64,000 bases of DNA from an uncultured Solibacteraceae bacterium. GTDB taxonomy: Bacteria > Acidobacteriota > Vicinamibacteria > Vicinamibacterales > SCN-69-37. Position numbers and translations under genes: made by a program. The stretch is from NCBI GenBank assembly GCA_964423815.1, contig CAYRGW010000017.1:606-64605 (forward strand). Reading direction: 5' to 3'. The notes below the pieces were generated by a model, which was not told where the DNA came from, made no database searches, and worked only from the letters and a program-made list of their open reading frames with translations. This document shows positions 45,718-53,317 of the stretch, piece after piece. How positions within the stretch are numbered: position 1 is the first letter of the stretch; each line of letters opens with the position of its first letter.

Positions 45718-45790
45718 TCAGGGAGACACTGAGGCACGGAGACTTCAAGGTTTTACAGACAAACCTCCGCGTCTCTGTGTCTCCCTGTGA
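45718..45790. repeat. Inverted pair of repeat module B (B2 at 45718-45741, B3 at 45764-45790) forming an imperfect hairpin
   Basis: TCAGGGAGACACTGAGGCACGGAG ... CCTCCGCGTCTCTGTGTCTCCCTGTGA. The reverse complement of B2 matches B1 (18276-18302) at 22 of 23 positions. Confidence 0.8.
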
Positions 45791-45796
45791 AAAGGC

Positions 45797-46543
45797 CTAT
45801 TTGCTGAACATCGCGTCGTCCATGGCGACGTTGTGTTCGACAGACGTGAGCTTGATCGTGATCTTCTGCACGGCGCTGGAGTTCACCACCGTGAACGCGA
45901 TCTGGATGCCGTCCACCGCGCGATAGTCCGACTGCTCGCTGGTCTGCTCAAGCTCGCCAACCTCGGGTGAGCTGATCCGCGCGATCGACCGCACGAGGAG
46001 GTAGGTCTGCGGGTCGAGATACATCTTCGACGACGAGCCCGCCTTCGGGGTGACCTGGAGCACGATCAGCTCCTTGCCGCCGATGGTCTCCTTTGGCAGC
46101 ACATCGATCTTCGTGCCCTGTTCCTTGTAGGTCAGGAGCGAGGAGGGGAAGTGGCTGTTCTTCATGTTGTCGAGCTGGTTGCCCATGATCTGGGTGTCAC
46201 CCTGCATCGAGTTCTTGGCCCAGCCTTCCGTGCCGTTGAAGCGCTGGTCGATCGTCATCGTCTCGCTCATCCCGACCGGCGTGAGGTCGATGGTGAGCAG
46301 CGCGCGCGACTTGTTGGGCGCCTTGGTGTAGAGCTCGGCCGGACCCGTCAGGTCGCCGGCTTCGGTGGTCAACGTGACCGTGCCGACCGCCTTGCGCGAG
46401 GTGATCTTGGCAAGGGCCGCGCGTCCGCCGATGGCTGCGAGGTGTTTTTCAATGATCTCGTCGGCCGTCTGTGGGGCGGCGAACGTGGTCAGGGTGGGAA
46501 GCAGGAGAACGGAGAAGGCAAGCGCGAGGCTCAGTTTTTTCAT
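45797..46543 (-). CDS. Secreted protein, tentatively LolA-like / outer-membrane-lipoprotein-sorting-like
   Basis: Signal peptide MKKLSLALAFSVLLLPTLTTFAAP. The start is at Met19 (cat 46541-46543). The longer tracked N-terminus is a translation of the repeat-rich spacer. Confidence 0.6.
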   Translation of the reverse strand: MKKLSLALAFSVLLLPTLTTFAAPQTADEIIEKHLAAIGGRAALAKITSRKAVGTVTLTTEAGDLTGPAELYTKAPNKSRALLTIDLTPVGMSETMTIDQRFNGTEGWAKNSMQGDTQIMGNQLDNMKNSHFPSSLLTYKEQGTKIDVLPKETIGGKELIVLQVTPKAGSSSKMYLDPQTYLLVRSIARISSPEVGELEQTSEQSDYRAVDGIQIAFTVVNSSAVQKITIKLTSVEHNVAMDDAMFSK

Positions 46544-46586
46544 GGCTAGTTCATATACGAACATGAACCCACTCGGTTCGCCAGTA

Positions 46587-46635
46587 CCCTTCGGCACCCT
46601 GAACCCCGAACCCTGAACCCTGTAACCCTGAACCC
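46587..46635 (-). repeat. Tandem heptad/octad array (GGGTTCA/GGGTTACA) with seven G3-4 tracts on the minus strand
   Basis: The minus strand reads GGGTTCAGGGTTACAGGGTTCAGGGTTCGGGGTTCAGGGTGCCGAAGGG. Loops are 3-7 nt. It lies in the divergent spacer between the starts at 46543 (-) and 46650 (+). Confidence 0.85.
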
Positions 46636-46649
46636 TGTAACCTAATAGG

Positions 46650-47792
46650 GTGGACCCTGCCTACCCAGCTGCCCGCACCGTCGCCGAGGTTGTTCGCGGC
46701 CACTTTTCGCGATATCTGGTCGCCGCGCGGCTGCAAGGGCGGATCGATCTGGGCCCGGAGCCCAATGCCGAGGACATCGAGGCCATCATCGACACGGCCT
46801 TCTGGGCCAGTTTGCGGCGCGAAGAGGGGGTCACCCCGACGATTTCTCTCGCGTTGTTGCCCCCGTCGGCGGCCGGGCAGGCGCTGACGTTTGCCACCCC
46901 GCTGCCGCTCAAGCCCGCGGCACTTGCCAAGCTGGCGCCGGCGGTGGAACGCCCCGGCATCCACCTCGGCGTCTGGCGCGAAGACGGGCAGCTGACGGTG
47001 TGGGGGACCACCCGCAGCATTCCGGCATTCTGCTTCGTGCTGGAAGTCATTGGATCCGGATTGCTGGTCATCAAACACCGCAGTGAGCCCTTCGGCAAGT
47101 TTGTGAATATTGCGGTGCTGGAAGGGGACCAGGTCAAGATCGTCGACGAACGTTCGTCCTCGATTCCCGACTGTCCGGGCATGCTGAAGTCGCTGTTGGG
47201 CCAGGTCGTCCCCGCCGACGGAGGCGAATCGGTCAACCTGCTTGTGCATCTGGCGGCCTCGATGCGCGCACACAAACGTGGTGGGGCGTTGCTGGTGGTG
47301 CCGAATGGATCCGGTGTGCCATCGACGTGGCGCGAGTCCATTGTGGAGCCCATCCTCTACGACGTTGAACCGGACTTTTCGGAACTGGCCGACCTGATGC
47401 GGCGGGAGTCCGCCGAGCGGCGCACCCACGAATGGCAGGACGATCTGCGTCGCGCGGTGGACGCCACGGCCGGCCTCACGGCGGTGGATGGTGCCACGAT
47501 TGTCAGTCGCCAATACGAGCTCCTCGCGTTTGGCGCAAAGATCACGCGTCGCAAGTCCCATCCGCAGGTGGAAAAAGTGCTGCTGACCGAACCCATCGAG
47601 GGCCATCAGCCGCAGGTCGTGACGCCGTCACAACTGGGCGGGACCCGTCACTTGTCTGCTGCGCAGTTTGTCCAGGATCAACCGGACACACTCGCGCTGG
47701 TCGCATCACAGGACGGCAAGTTCACGGTCTTTTTGTGGTCGCCGTGCGACACCATCGTGCACGCGCACCGCATTGAAGCGTTATTGCTGTGA
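46650..47792 (+). CDS. DisA_N/DAC (diadenylate cyclase)-fold domain protein with an unassigned N-terminal domain
   Basis: The C-terminal half carries GGALLVV, VDGATIV (DGA), GGTRHLSAA (RHR-like) and LALVASQDGKFTVF, in the order and spacing of CdaA/DisA cyclase domains. It has no TM segments. GTG start. Confidence 0.65.
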   Translation: MDPAYPAARTVAEVVRGHFSRYLVAARLQGRIDLGPEPNAEDIEAIIDTAFWASLRREEGVTPTISLALLPPSAAGQALTFATPLPLKPAALAKLAPAVERPGIHLGVWREDGQLTVWGTTRSIPAFCFVLEVIGSGLLVIKHRSEPFGKFVNIAVLEGDQVKIVDERSSSIPDCPGMLKSLLGQVVPADGGESVNLLVHLAASMRAHKRGGALLVVPNGSGVPSTWRESIVEPILYDVEPDFSELADLMRRESAERRTHEWQDDLRRAVDATAGLTAVDGATIVSRQYELLAFGAKITRRKSHPQVEKVLLTEPIEGHQPQVVTPSQLGGTRHLSAAQFVQDQPDTLALVASQDGKFTVFLWSPCDTIVHAHRIEALLL

Positions 47793-49484
47793 GGTCTCGG
47801 AGGCGCGGACCTGGTCCGTGTAGTGCTGAATGTCCGCATCGTCGACCTTGAGCTCCAGCAACGTCTGACGCACCATCTCGACACCGCCCTCAAGTTCGGG
47901 GCGCACCACGTCTTCCACGCCGAGCTGGCGAAGCTGATGGCCCGCGAACCACGTGGATGCGCGCGCGATGATGTGCACATTCGGCGTGTGTCGATGCACG
48001 GCCTCCACCACCAGCTGCGCCACCGTGTCCTCGGCAACCGTGATGACCACGGCCCGCGCGTGTTTCAGTTGTGCGTGCTGCAGAATTTCCGAACTGGCCG
48101 CATCGCCGTACAACACGGGCACACCGAGGTCGCGGAGTTTTTCCAGTCGACTCGGATCGGACTCGACCACCAGGCGCGGGGTGCCCATCTGCCCGAGTAC
48201 TTCCGACACATGGCGTCCGACACGTCCGCACCCCACGATCACCACGTGGTCACGCAGGTCGTCTGCGAGCGGGGGGACCACGACGCCGTCGCGGTTGGCG
48301 GCCTGATAAAAGCGCGGAAAACGTTGCAGCCATCGTTCCACCGGGGCAATCGTGCGGAACATCAGAGGGTTGACGGAGATGGACACGATGGCTGTTGCGA
48401 GGATGAGCGAATATTGCGTCCCGTCAATCAGGCCCAGCAACACCCCGCTCTGGCCAACCACAAACGAAAATTCGCCCACCTGACTCAGGCCGGCGGCCAC
48501 CACCAACCCCGTGCGGGCCGGGTACGGGAAGCTGAAGCTGACAAGGGCGCCAAACACATATTTGCCCACGATGACGAGCAGGGACAGCGCAAGAATCTGT
48601 GGCCAGTAGGCGGCAATCTCCACCGGGTCCACCAACATGCCCACCGAGACAAAAAACAGCACGGCGAATGCTTCGCGGAACGGCAACAACTCAGCGCCGA
48701 CCTGATGGCTGAGCGGCGATTCACTCACGACCACGCCGGCGACAAACGCGCCGAGCGCCATGGACACCCCGAAAAATTCCGCCGAGGCGAGCGCGGTGCC
48801 CAGCGCGATCGTGATGGCCGCCAGCACAAACAACTCACGCGACCGTGTGTGCGCGACACGGACGAGAATCATGGGGACGAGGCGGTTGCCCACCAGCAAC
48901 ATTGACGCGACAAAAATGGCCGCCTTCAGCAACGCCCAACCGGCGGTGACCCATCCCGCATCCTCCGACCCGGTGGCCAGCACCGGCAGCAGGACGAGGA
49001 TGATGATCGTTGCGATGTCCTCCACGACCAGCCATCCAACGGCCGTGCGCCCCGCCGGCGTGTCGAGTTCCGCGCGGTCCATCAGGTTCTTGAGCAGCAC
49101 CACCGTGCTGGCGACCGAAAGCGCGAGGCCAAGGACGACGGCGGCGGGAGTGGACCATCCCCAGAAGCGCGCGAGCAGGAACCCCGCACCGCCGCCCAGC
49201 GCCATGTGAATCAATGATCCAGGCACGGCGGCATGGCGCACGAGCCAGAGGTCCTTGAACGAAAAATGCAGGCCCACGCCGAACATGAGCAACACCACGC
49301 CGAACTCGGCGAACTGATGGATGGCTTCGATGTCGCCATGCCAGAACGGCGAGTTGGGGCTGATGGCCAGACCGGCCAACATGTAGCCGACGATCGTGGG
49401 AATCCCCAGGCGTCGCGCAATCAGGCCCGCGGCCAATGCCAATCCCAGGGCGATCGCAATATTGGTGAGCAGCGGAAAGTGCAT
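47781..49484 (-). CDS. CPA2-family cation:proton antiporter with C-terminal RCK_N (TrkA-N) domain (KefB/YbaL-like)
   Basis: The polytopic N-terminus includes GIPTIVGYMLAGLAISP, and the Rossmann motif is HVVIVGCGRVGRHV. The start is at Met19. The 3' end overlaps the DAC-like gene by 12 nt in convergent orientation. Confidence 0.88.
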   Translation of the reverse strand: MHFPLLTNIAIALGLALAAGLIARRLGIPTIVGYMLAGLAISPNSPFWHGDIEAIHQFAEFGVVLLMFGVGLHFSFKDLWLVRHAAVPGSLIHMALGGGAGFLLARFWGWSTPAAVVLGLALSVASTVVLLKNLMDRAELDTPAGRTAVGWLVVEDIATIIILVLLPVLATGSEDAGWVTAGWALLKAAIFVASMLLVGNRLVPMILVRVAHTRSRELFVLAAITIALGTALASAEFFGVSMALGAFVAGVVVSESPLSHQVGAELLPFREAFAVLFFVSVGMLVDPVEIAAYWPQILALSLLVIVGKYVFGALVSFSFPYPARTGLVVAAGLSQVGEFSFVVGQSGVLLGLIDGTQYSLILATAIVSISVNPLMFRTIAPVERWLQRFPRFYQAANRDGVVVPPLADDLRDHVVIVGCGRVGRHVSEVLGQMGTPRLVVESDPSRLEKLRDLGVPVLYGDAASSEILQHAQLKHARAVVITVAEDTVAQLVVEAVHRHTPNVHIIARASTWFAGHQLRQLGVEDVVRPELEGGVEMVRQTLLELKVDDADIQHYTDQVRASETSQQ

Positions 49485-49565
49485 CGGCTCCCCGATTATG
49501 GCGCAACTCGGCCGCGATGACGGACGTCTGATACTCAAGGATTCCGTATAGTGGTGACCAACGAC

Positions 49566-50555
49566 ATGCCTCTTCGAACACTCTCCCTCTGCGTTCTTGT
49601 GCTGGCCGGGGGCCTGGCCGTCTCACCGGCGGCAGCCCCACACGTCAGCCTCCCTCAAAGTGACCTTGATGCGTTCATGCAAAAGGTCGTCGCCAAACGT
49701 GACGACAACTGGAAGAAGTTTCAGCAGTACGTGCTGGATGAACGCGAGCAGGCGGAACTGCGTGGCCCCGGCAAATTGCCCATCTGGGGCGAGCGTCGGG
49801 ATTACACGTGGTACATGAAGGACGGGTTTTTTGTGCGCAGCCCGGTGCGGGCCAATGGCGTCACGCTGAGTGATGACGAGCGCCGCAAGTATGAGGACAC
49901 TTTTCTGCGTCGTGAACAGGCACGCGAACGCCGACGGACGCAGGTCGGCCCTGTCGTGGTCGAAGGCAGCACGCCTCCTCCTGATCGCGGCGCCGCAGTC
50001 GAGGGGGATGCGCCCACCGACGCGCAGGGGCTGATTCGTCAATCCCGGGAGCCGCAGTTCATCTCGTCGGCCTACTTCCTGAAGTTCAAGTTCGAGGAAG
50101 GCAAATACGCGTTTGTCGGGCGGGAGATGCTTGATGGTCGCGAAGTGCTCAAGGTCGAGTACTACCCGGCGCTCCTGTTTTCCAAGGAGCAGAACTCCCG
50201 GCAACACCGGCGTGATCTCGGCGAACTCAGAAAAGAAGACAACACCGAGGCCGCCGTCGAGAAGATGCTCAACAAAGTGTCCCTCGTGACGTTGTGGATC
50301 GAGCCCACCGCCCACCAGATCGTCAAATACGACTTCAACAACGTGAACCTCGATTTTTTACCAGGCGCGTGGCTGGTGCGGCTCACCGACGTCAAAGCGT
50401 CGATGAACATGCACACACCTTTCCCGGATGTGTGGTTGCCCAAAAACATCGACTTCTACTTTTCGATGATGTTGGCCGTGGGGGAATTTGATGCGCGGTA
50501 TCGCATCACCTACGACAACTACAAACTCGCCACCACCACCGCGAGGATCAAATAG
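49566..50555 (+). CDS. Secreted protein of unknown function, translationally abutting the Omp85 gene
   Basis: Signal peptide MPLRTLSLCVLVLAGGLAVSPAAA. The TAG stop is immediately followed by the ATG at 50556. A GTG alternative start is at 49551. Confidence 0.65.
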   Translation: MPLRTLSLCVLVLAGGLAVSPAAAPHVSLPQSDLDAFMQKVVAKRDDNWKKFQQYVLDEREQAELRGPGKLPIWGERRDYTWYMKDGFFVRSPVRANGVTLSDDERRKYEDTFLRREQARERRRTQVGPVVVEGSTPPPDRGAAVEGDAPTDAQGLIRQSREPQFISSAYFLKFKFEEGKYAFVGREMLDGREVLKVEYYPALLFSKEQNSRQHRRDLGELRKEDNTEAAVEKMLNKVSLVTLWIEPTAHQIVKYDFNNVNLDFLPGAWLVRLTDVKASMNMHTPFPDVWLPKNIDFYFSMMLAVGEFDARYRITYDNYKLATTTARIK

Positions 50556-51830
50556 ATGCGTCTGGCACGACACGTCGTTGTGTGTATGGTCCTGCTGGCC
50601 GCGCTGCCATTCCTGGCCGCGGCGCAGACGGCCGATGTGATCGCCGACGTGCGGGTGCACGGCAACCATGTGACGTCCAACGAGGACGTGCTGAAGATGG
50701 CCGGCGTCGCGATTGGCGCACCGTTCACCGCCACCACGCTGCAGGAGGTCGAGCGCCGGCTGCGTGACAGTGGGAAGTTCGACACCGTGGAAGTGCTCAA
50801 ACGATTCGCCTCCATTGCCGACCCCACGCAGATCGCGCTGGTGCTCATCGTGAATGAGGGCGCCGTCCGCATCGAATACGACACCGCGCCGGATGGTGAC
50901 CAGGTGGCCCGCGTCGTCCGTCGGAGCGGCTTCAGGAACCTGATGTATCTGCCCATCCTCGACGGGGAGGATGGTTACGGACTGACGTACGGGTTGACGA
51001 CGTCGCTGGCCAACGTGTTTGGGGAGCGCAGTCGTGTGTCCGTGCCCTTGTCGTGGGGGGGCACACGTCGCGCGGCGGTGGAACTGGAGAAAAACTTCGC
51101 CGATGGACCGATCACCCGCGTGGAGGTGGGCGCAGGTGTCCAGCGCCGTGAGAATCCGGCGTTTGAGATCAACGACGACCGCAAAAAAGTCTGGGCGCGG
51201 ATGGAAAAGTCCGTCAGTCGTGTGCGCCTCGGATCCACGGCCGGCTGGGATCGGGTGACGTTTGGCGCCCTCAAGGAGGACTTCTGGTCCATCGGCGCCG
51301 ACGTGGCGCTTGATACACGGATTGACCCCGCGTACCCGCGCAACGCCGTGTGGGTGTCAGCATCGTGGGATCGTCTGGCGTTTGATGCCGGCCACACGTT
51401 GCACCGCACCAGGGTCGACGGGCGCGGGTATCTCGGCCTGATTGGTCAGACCGTGCTCGCGGTGCGGGCCACCCGTGAGGGTGCCAACGCCGCACAACCG
51501 CGGTACCTGCAGCCGTTGCTTGGCGGCTGGTCGTCGCTCCGAGGATTTGAAGCCGGCCAGTTCTACGGCGACATCGTGGCAACCGGGTCTGCGGAGCTGC
51601 TGGTGCCCATCAGTTCACCGATGAGTGTGGGCAAACTGGGCCTCAGCGCCTTCATCGACAGCGGTGTGGCCTACGACTACGGCCTGAAGTTCAGCGATCA
51701 GCCGAAACGGACAGGCATCGGCGCCAGTCTCTGGTTCAACGCGACCATCTTCCAGATGAGTTTCTCAGTGGCGCGCCCCCGCGGCGGCGGCGATACCCGC
51801 TTCAACTTCGGGGGCGGGTTCACGTTTTGA
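50556..51830 (+). CDS. Omp85/BamA-family outer-membrane protein with a single POTRA domain
   Basis: It has a signal peptide and a POTRA-like segment (IADVRVHGNHVTSNEDVLKMAGVAIGAPF...VERRLRDSGKFDTVEV). The barrel part includes LGGWSSLRGF, and the protein ends in the aromatic beta-signal GGGFTF. Confidence 0.8.
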   Translation: MRLARHVVVCMVLLAALPFLAAAQTADVIADVRVHGNHVTSNEDVLKMAGVAIGAPFTATTLQEVERRLRDSGKFDTVEVLKRFASIADPTQIALVLIVNEGAVRIEYDTAPDGDQVARVVRRSGFRNLMYLPILDGEDGYGLTYGLTTSLANVFGERSRVSVPLSWGGTRRAAVELEKNFADGPITRVEVGAGVQRRENPAFEINDDRKKVWARMEKSVSRVRLGSTAGWDRVTFGALKEDFWSIGADVALDTRIDPAYPRNAVWVSASWDRLAFDAGHTLHRTRVDGRGYLGLIGQTVLAVRATREGANAAQPRYLQPLLGGWSSLRGFEAGQFYGDIVATGSAELLVPISSPMSVGKLGLSAFIDSGVAYDYGLKFSDQPKRTGIGASLWFNATIFQMSFSVARPRGGGDTRFNFGGGFTF

Positions 51831-51841
51831 GGGGTGTCATA

Positions 51842-51907
51842 ACAGTAGACATGCAGGCATGTAGAAAGCCCTTTGAATAATTTTCTACACGTCTACATGT
51901 CTACTGT
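51842..51907. repeat. Inverted pair of repeat module C forming a 26-bp imperfect hairpin with a 14-nt loop
   Basis: ACAGTAGACATGCAGGCATGTAGAAA (51842-51867) pairs with TTTCTACACGTCTACATGTCTACTGT (51882-51907). TAACAGTAGACATGCAGGCATGTAG (51840-51864) is identical over 25 nt to 25766-25790. Confidence 0.85.
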
Positions 51908-51921
51908 GAAATCACCGTCAC

Positions 51922-53283
51922 TCAGCGGATGGCGACGATGGACTTGCCCGTGCGGAAGTAGAGCCGGCCTTCGGAGATCGCAGGTGTGGCCATCGCGTAG
52001 TCGCCGAGTGGATTTTTCGCGAGCAGTTCAAACGTGCGCCCGGCTTTGACGACAAAAACATCGCCGTCCTCGCTGCTGAAGTAGATCTTGCCGTCGGCGG
52101 CGACCAGTGACGCAGTGAAACCGGTGGTGCCGTCGCCCAGGCGCTGCTGATAGATCCGTTCGCCGGTGGTGGCATCAAACACGTTGAACACGCCGTTATT
52201 CCTCGAGACGTAGAGTAGTCCCTGATAGAGCACGGGCGACATCATGTAGGCGCCGTCGCGCGGATGGCTCCACGCGATGTGGGCGTTGGTGGTTTCCGCA
52301 GCCGCGAGGCTGATGTCGCCGGTCGCGGTTTCCTTGATCGCGTAGACCGGCGCGCCACCGGCGCCGTGGGCGCTCGTCAGATACACGAGGCCATTACCCA
52401 CCACGGGCACCGGCACTGGAATGTCGCCGCCCACACTCTTCAGCTTCCAGATCTCCGCGCCGGTCTCGAAGTCGTAGGCGCCGGTGTGCCGCCAGCCATT
52501 CACGATGATCTGGGTCTTGCCCCCGACCTGATGGATGGCCGGTGTGCTCCACGTCGGCACGTCCTGCCGAGCCGTGCGCCACAACTCCTTGCCTGTCGCG
52601 AGATCAAACGCGCCGATGAAGGAGTTCTTCTGCACGTCGGCCTGGATGATGACGCGACCCTGGTGAATGACTGGTGAGCTGGCAAATCCCCACTGGGCAG
52701 TCGGTGCCATGAAAAACCCGGAGTCAAGCACACCGAAGTCCTTTTTCCACTTCAGCGAACCCTTCATGTCAAACGCGAAGAGACCCTCGGACCCGAGCAT
52801 GGCCACGATGTGGGTGCCGTCGGTGGCGAGTGTGGAGTTGGCGTGAGTGGCTTTGGTGTGACGCTTGATGATCGGAACACCCTTGTGGATGACCGTGTCG
52901 AACATCGGTTTGCCGTCGCGTTTGTCGAGGCATATCAGCCGCCAGGTGTGTTCCGTGTTGTCAGTGACAGACGCGATGTCGCCATACAGGCCAAGCTTCA
53001 TGCTCGCATCGCCGGTGTCGCTTTTTGCCGTCGTCACGCAGAGCTGGTTGCCCCAGATCACCGGGCTTGAGTGACCCAGACCATCGAGGGCCGTCGTCCA
53101 TGCAACGCCTGCACCCCTGGGCACGTCCCAGGTTGTGGGTGTGGGTGCACTGTCCGCCACCCCGGCGCCGTTGATCCCGCGGAACGATGGCCAATCAACG
53201 CCAACGCGCGGATCTGGAGCCGAGGCAGCGACGAACGTAACGGCCGCCAGTGAGATTACCGTGGCGGTTGCAAGTCTTGTCAT
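51922..53283 (-). CDS. PQQ-like (BamB-type) beta-propeller repeat protein, secreted
   Basis: It has a signal peptide and repeated W-x-propeller blades (GHSSPVIWGNQLCV, ASSPVIHQGRVII, STPAIHQVGGKTQIIV and others). Confidence 0.8.
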   Translation of the reverse strand: MTRLATATVISLAAVTFVAASAPDPRVGVDWPSFRGINGAGVADSAPTPTTWDVPRGAGVAWTTALDGLGHSSPVIWGNQLCVTTAKSDTGDASMKLGLYGDIASVTDNTEHTWRLICLDKRDGKPMFDTVIHKGVPIIKRHTKATHANSTLATDGTHIVAMLGSEGLFAFDMKGSLKWKKDFGVLDSGFFMAPTAQWGFASSPVIHQGRVIIQADVQKNSFIGAFDLATGKELWRTARQDVPTWSTPAIHQVGGKTQIIVNGWRHTGAYDFETGAEIWKLKSVGGDIPVPVPVVGNGLVYLTSAHGAGGAPVYAIKETATGDISLAAAETTNAHIAWSHPRDGAYMMSPVLYQGLLYVSRNNGVFNVFDATTGERIYQQRLGDGTTGFTASLVAADGKIYFSSEDGDVFVVKAGRTFELLAKNPLGDYAMATPAISEGRLYFRTGKSIVAIR

Positions 53284-53317
53284 GTGTCCGTACCTTTCGC
53301 CTTTGCCCTGTAGCCTT

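Noticed and set aside
47781-49484. A direct mechanistic link between the DAC-like protein and the adjacent CPA2 antiporter through c-di-AMP binding to an RCK_C domain, as in CpaA/KtrA-type systems.
   Set aside because: The antiporter's C-terminus shows only an RCK_N/TrkA-N Rossmann domain, and I see no RCK_C segment. The genes are convergent rather than co-transcribed. This is kept only as weak contextual evidence.
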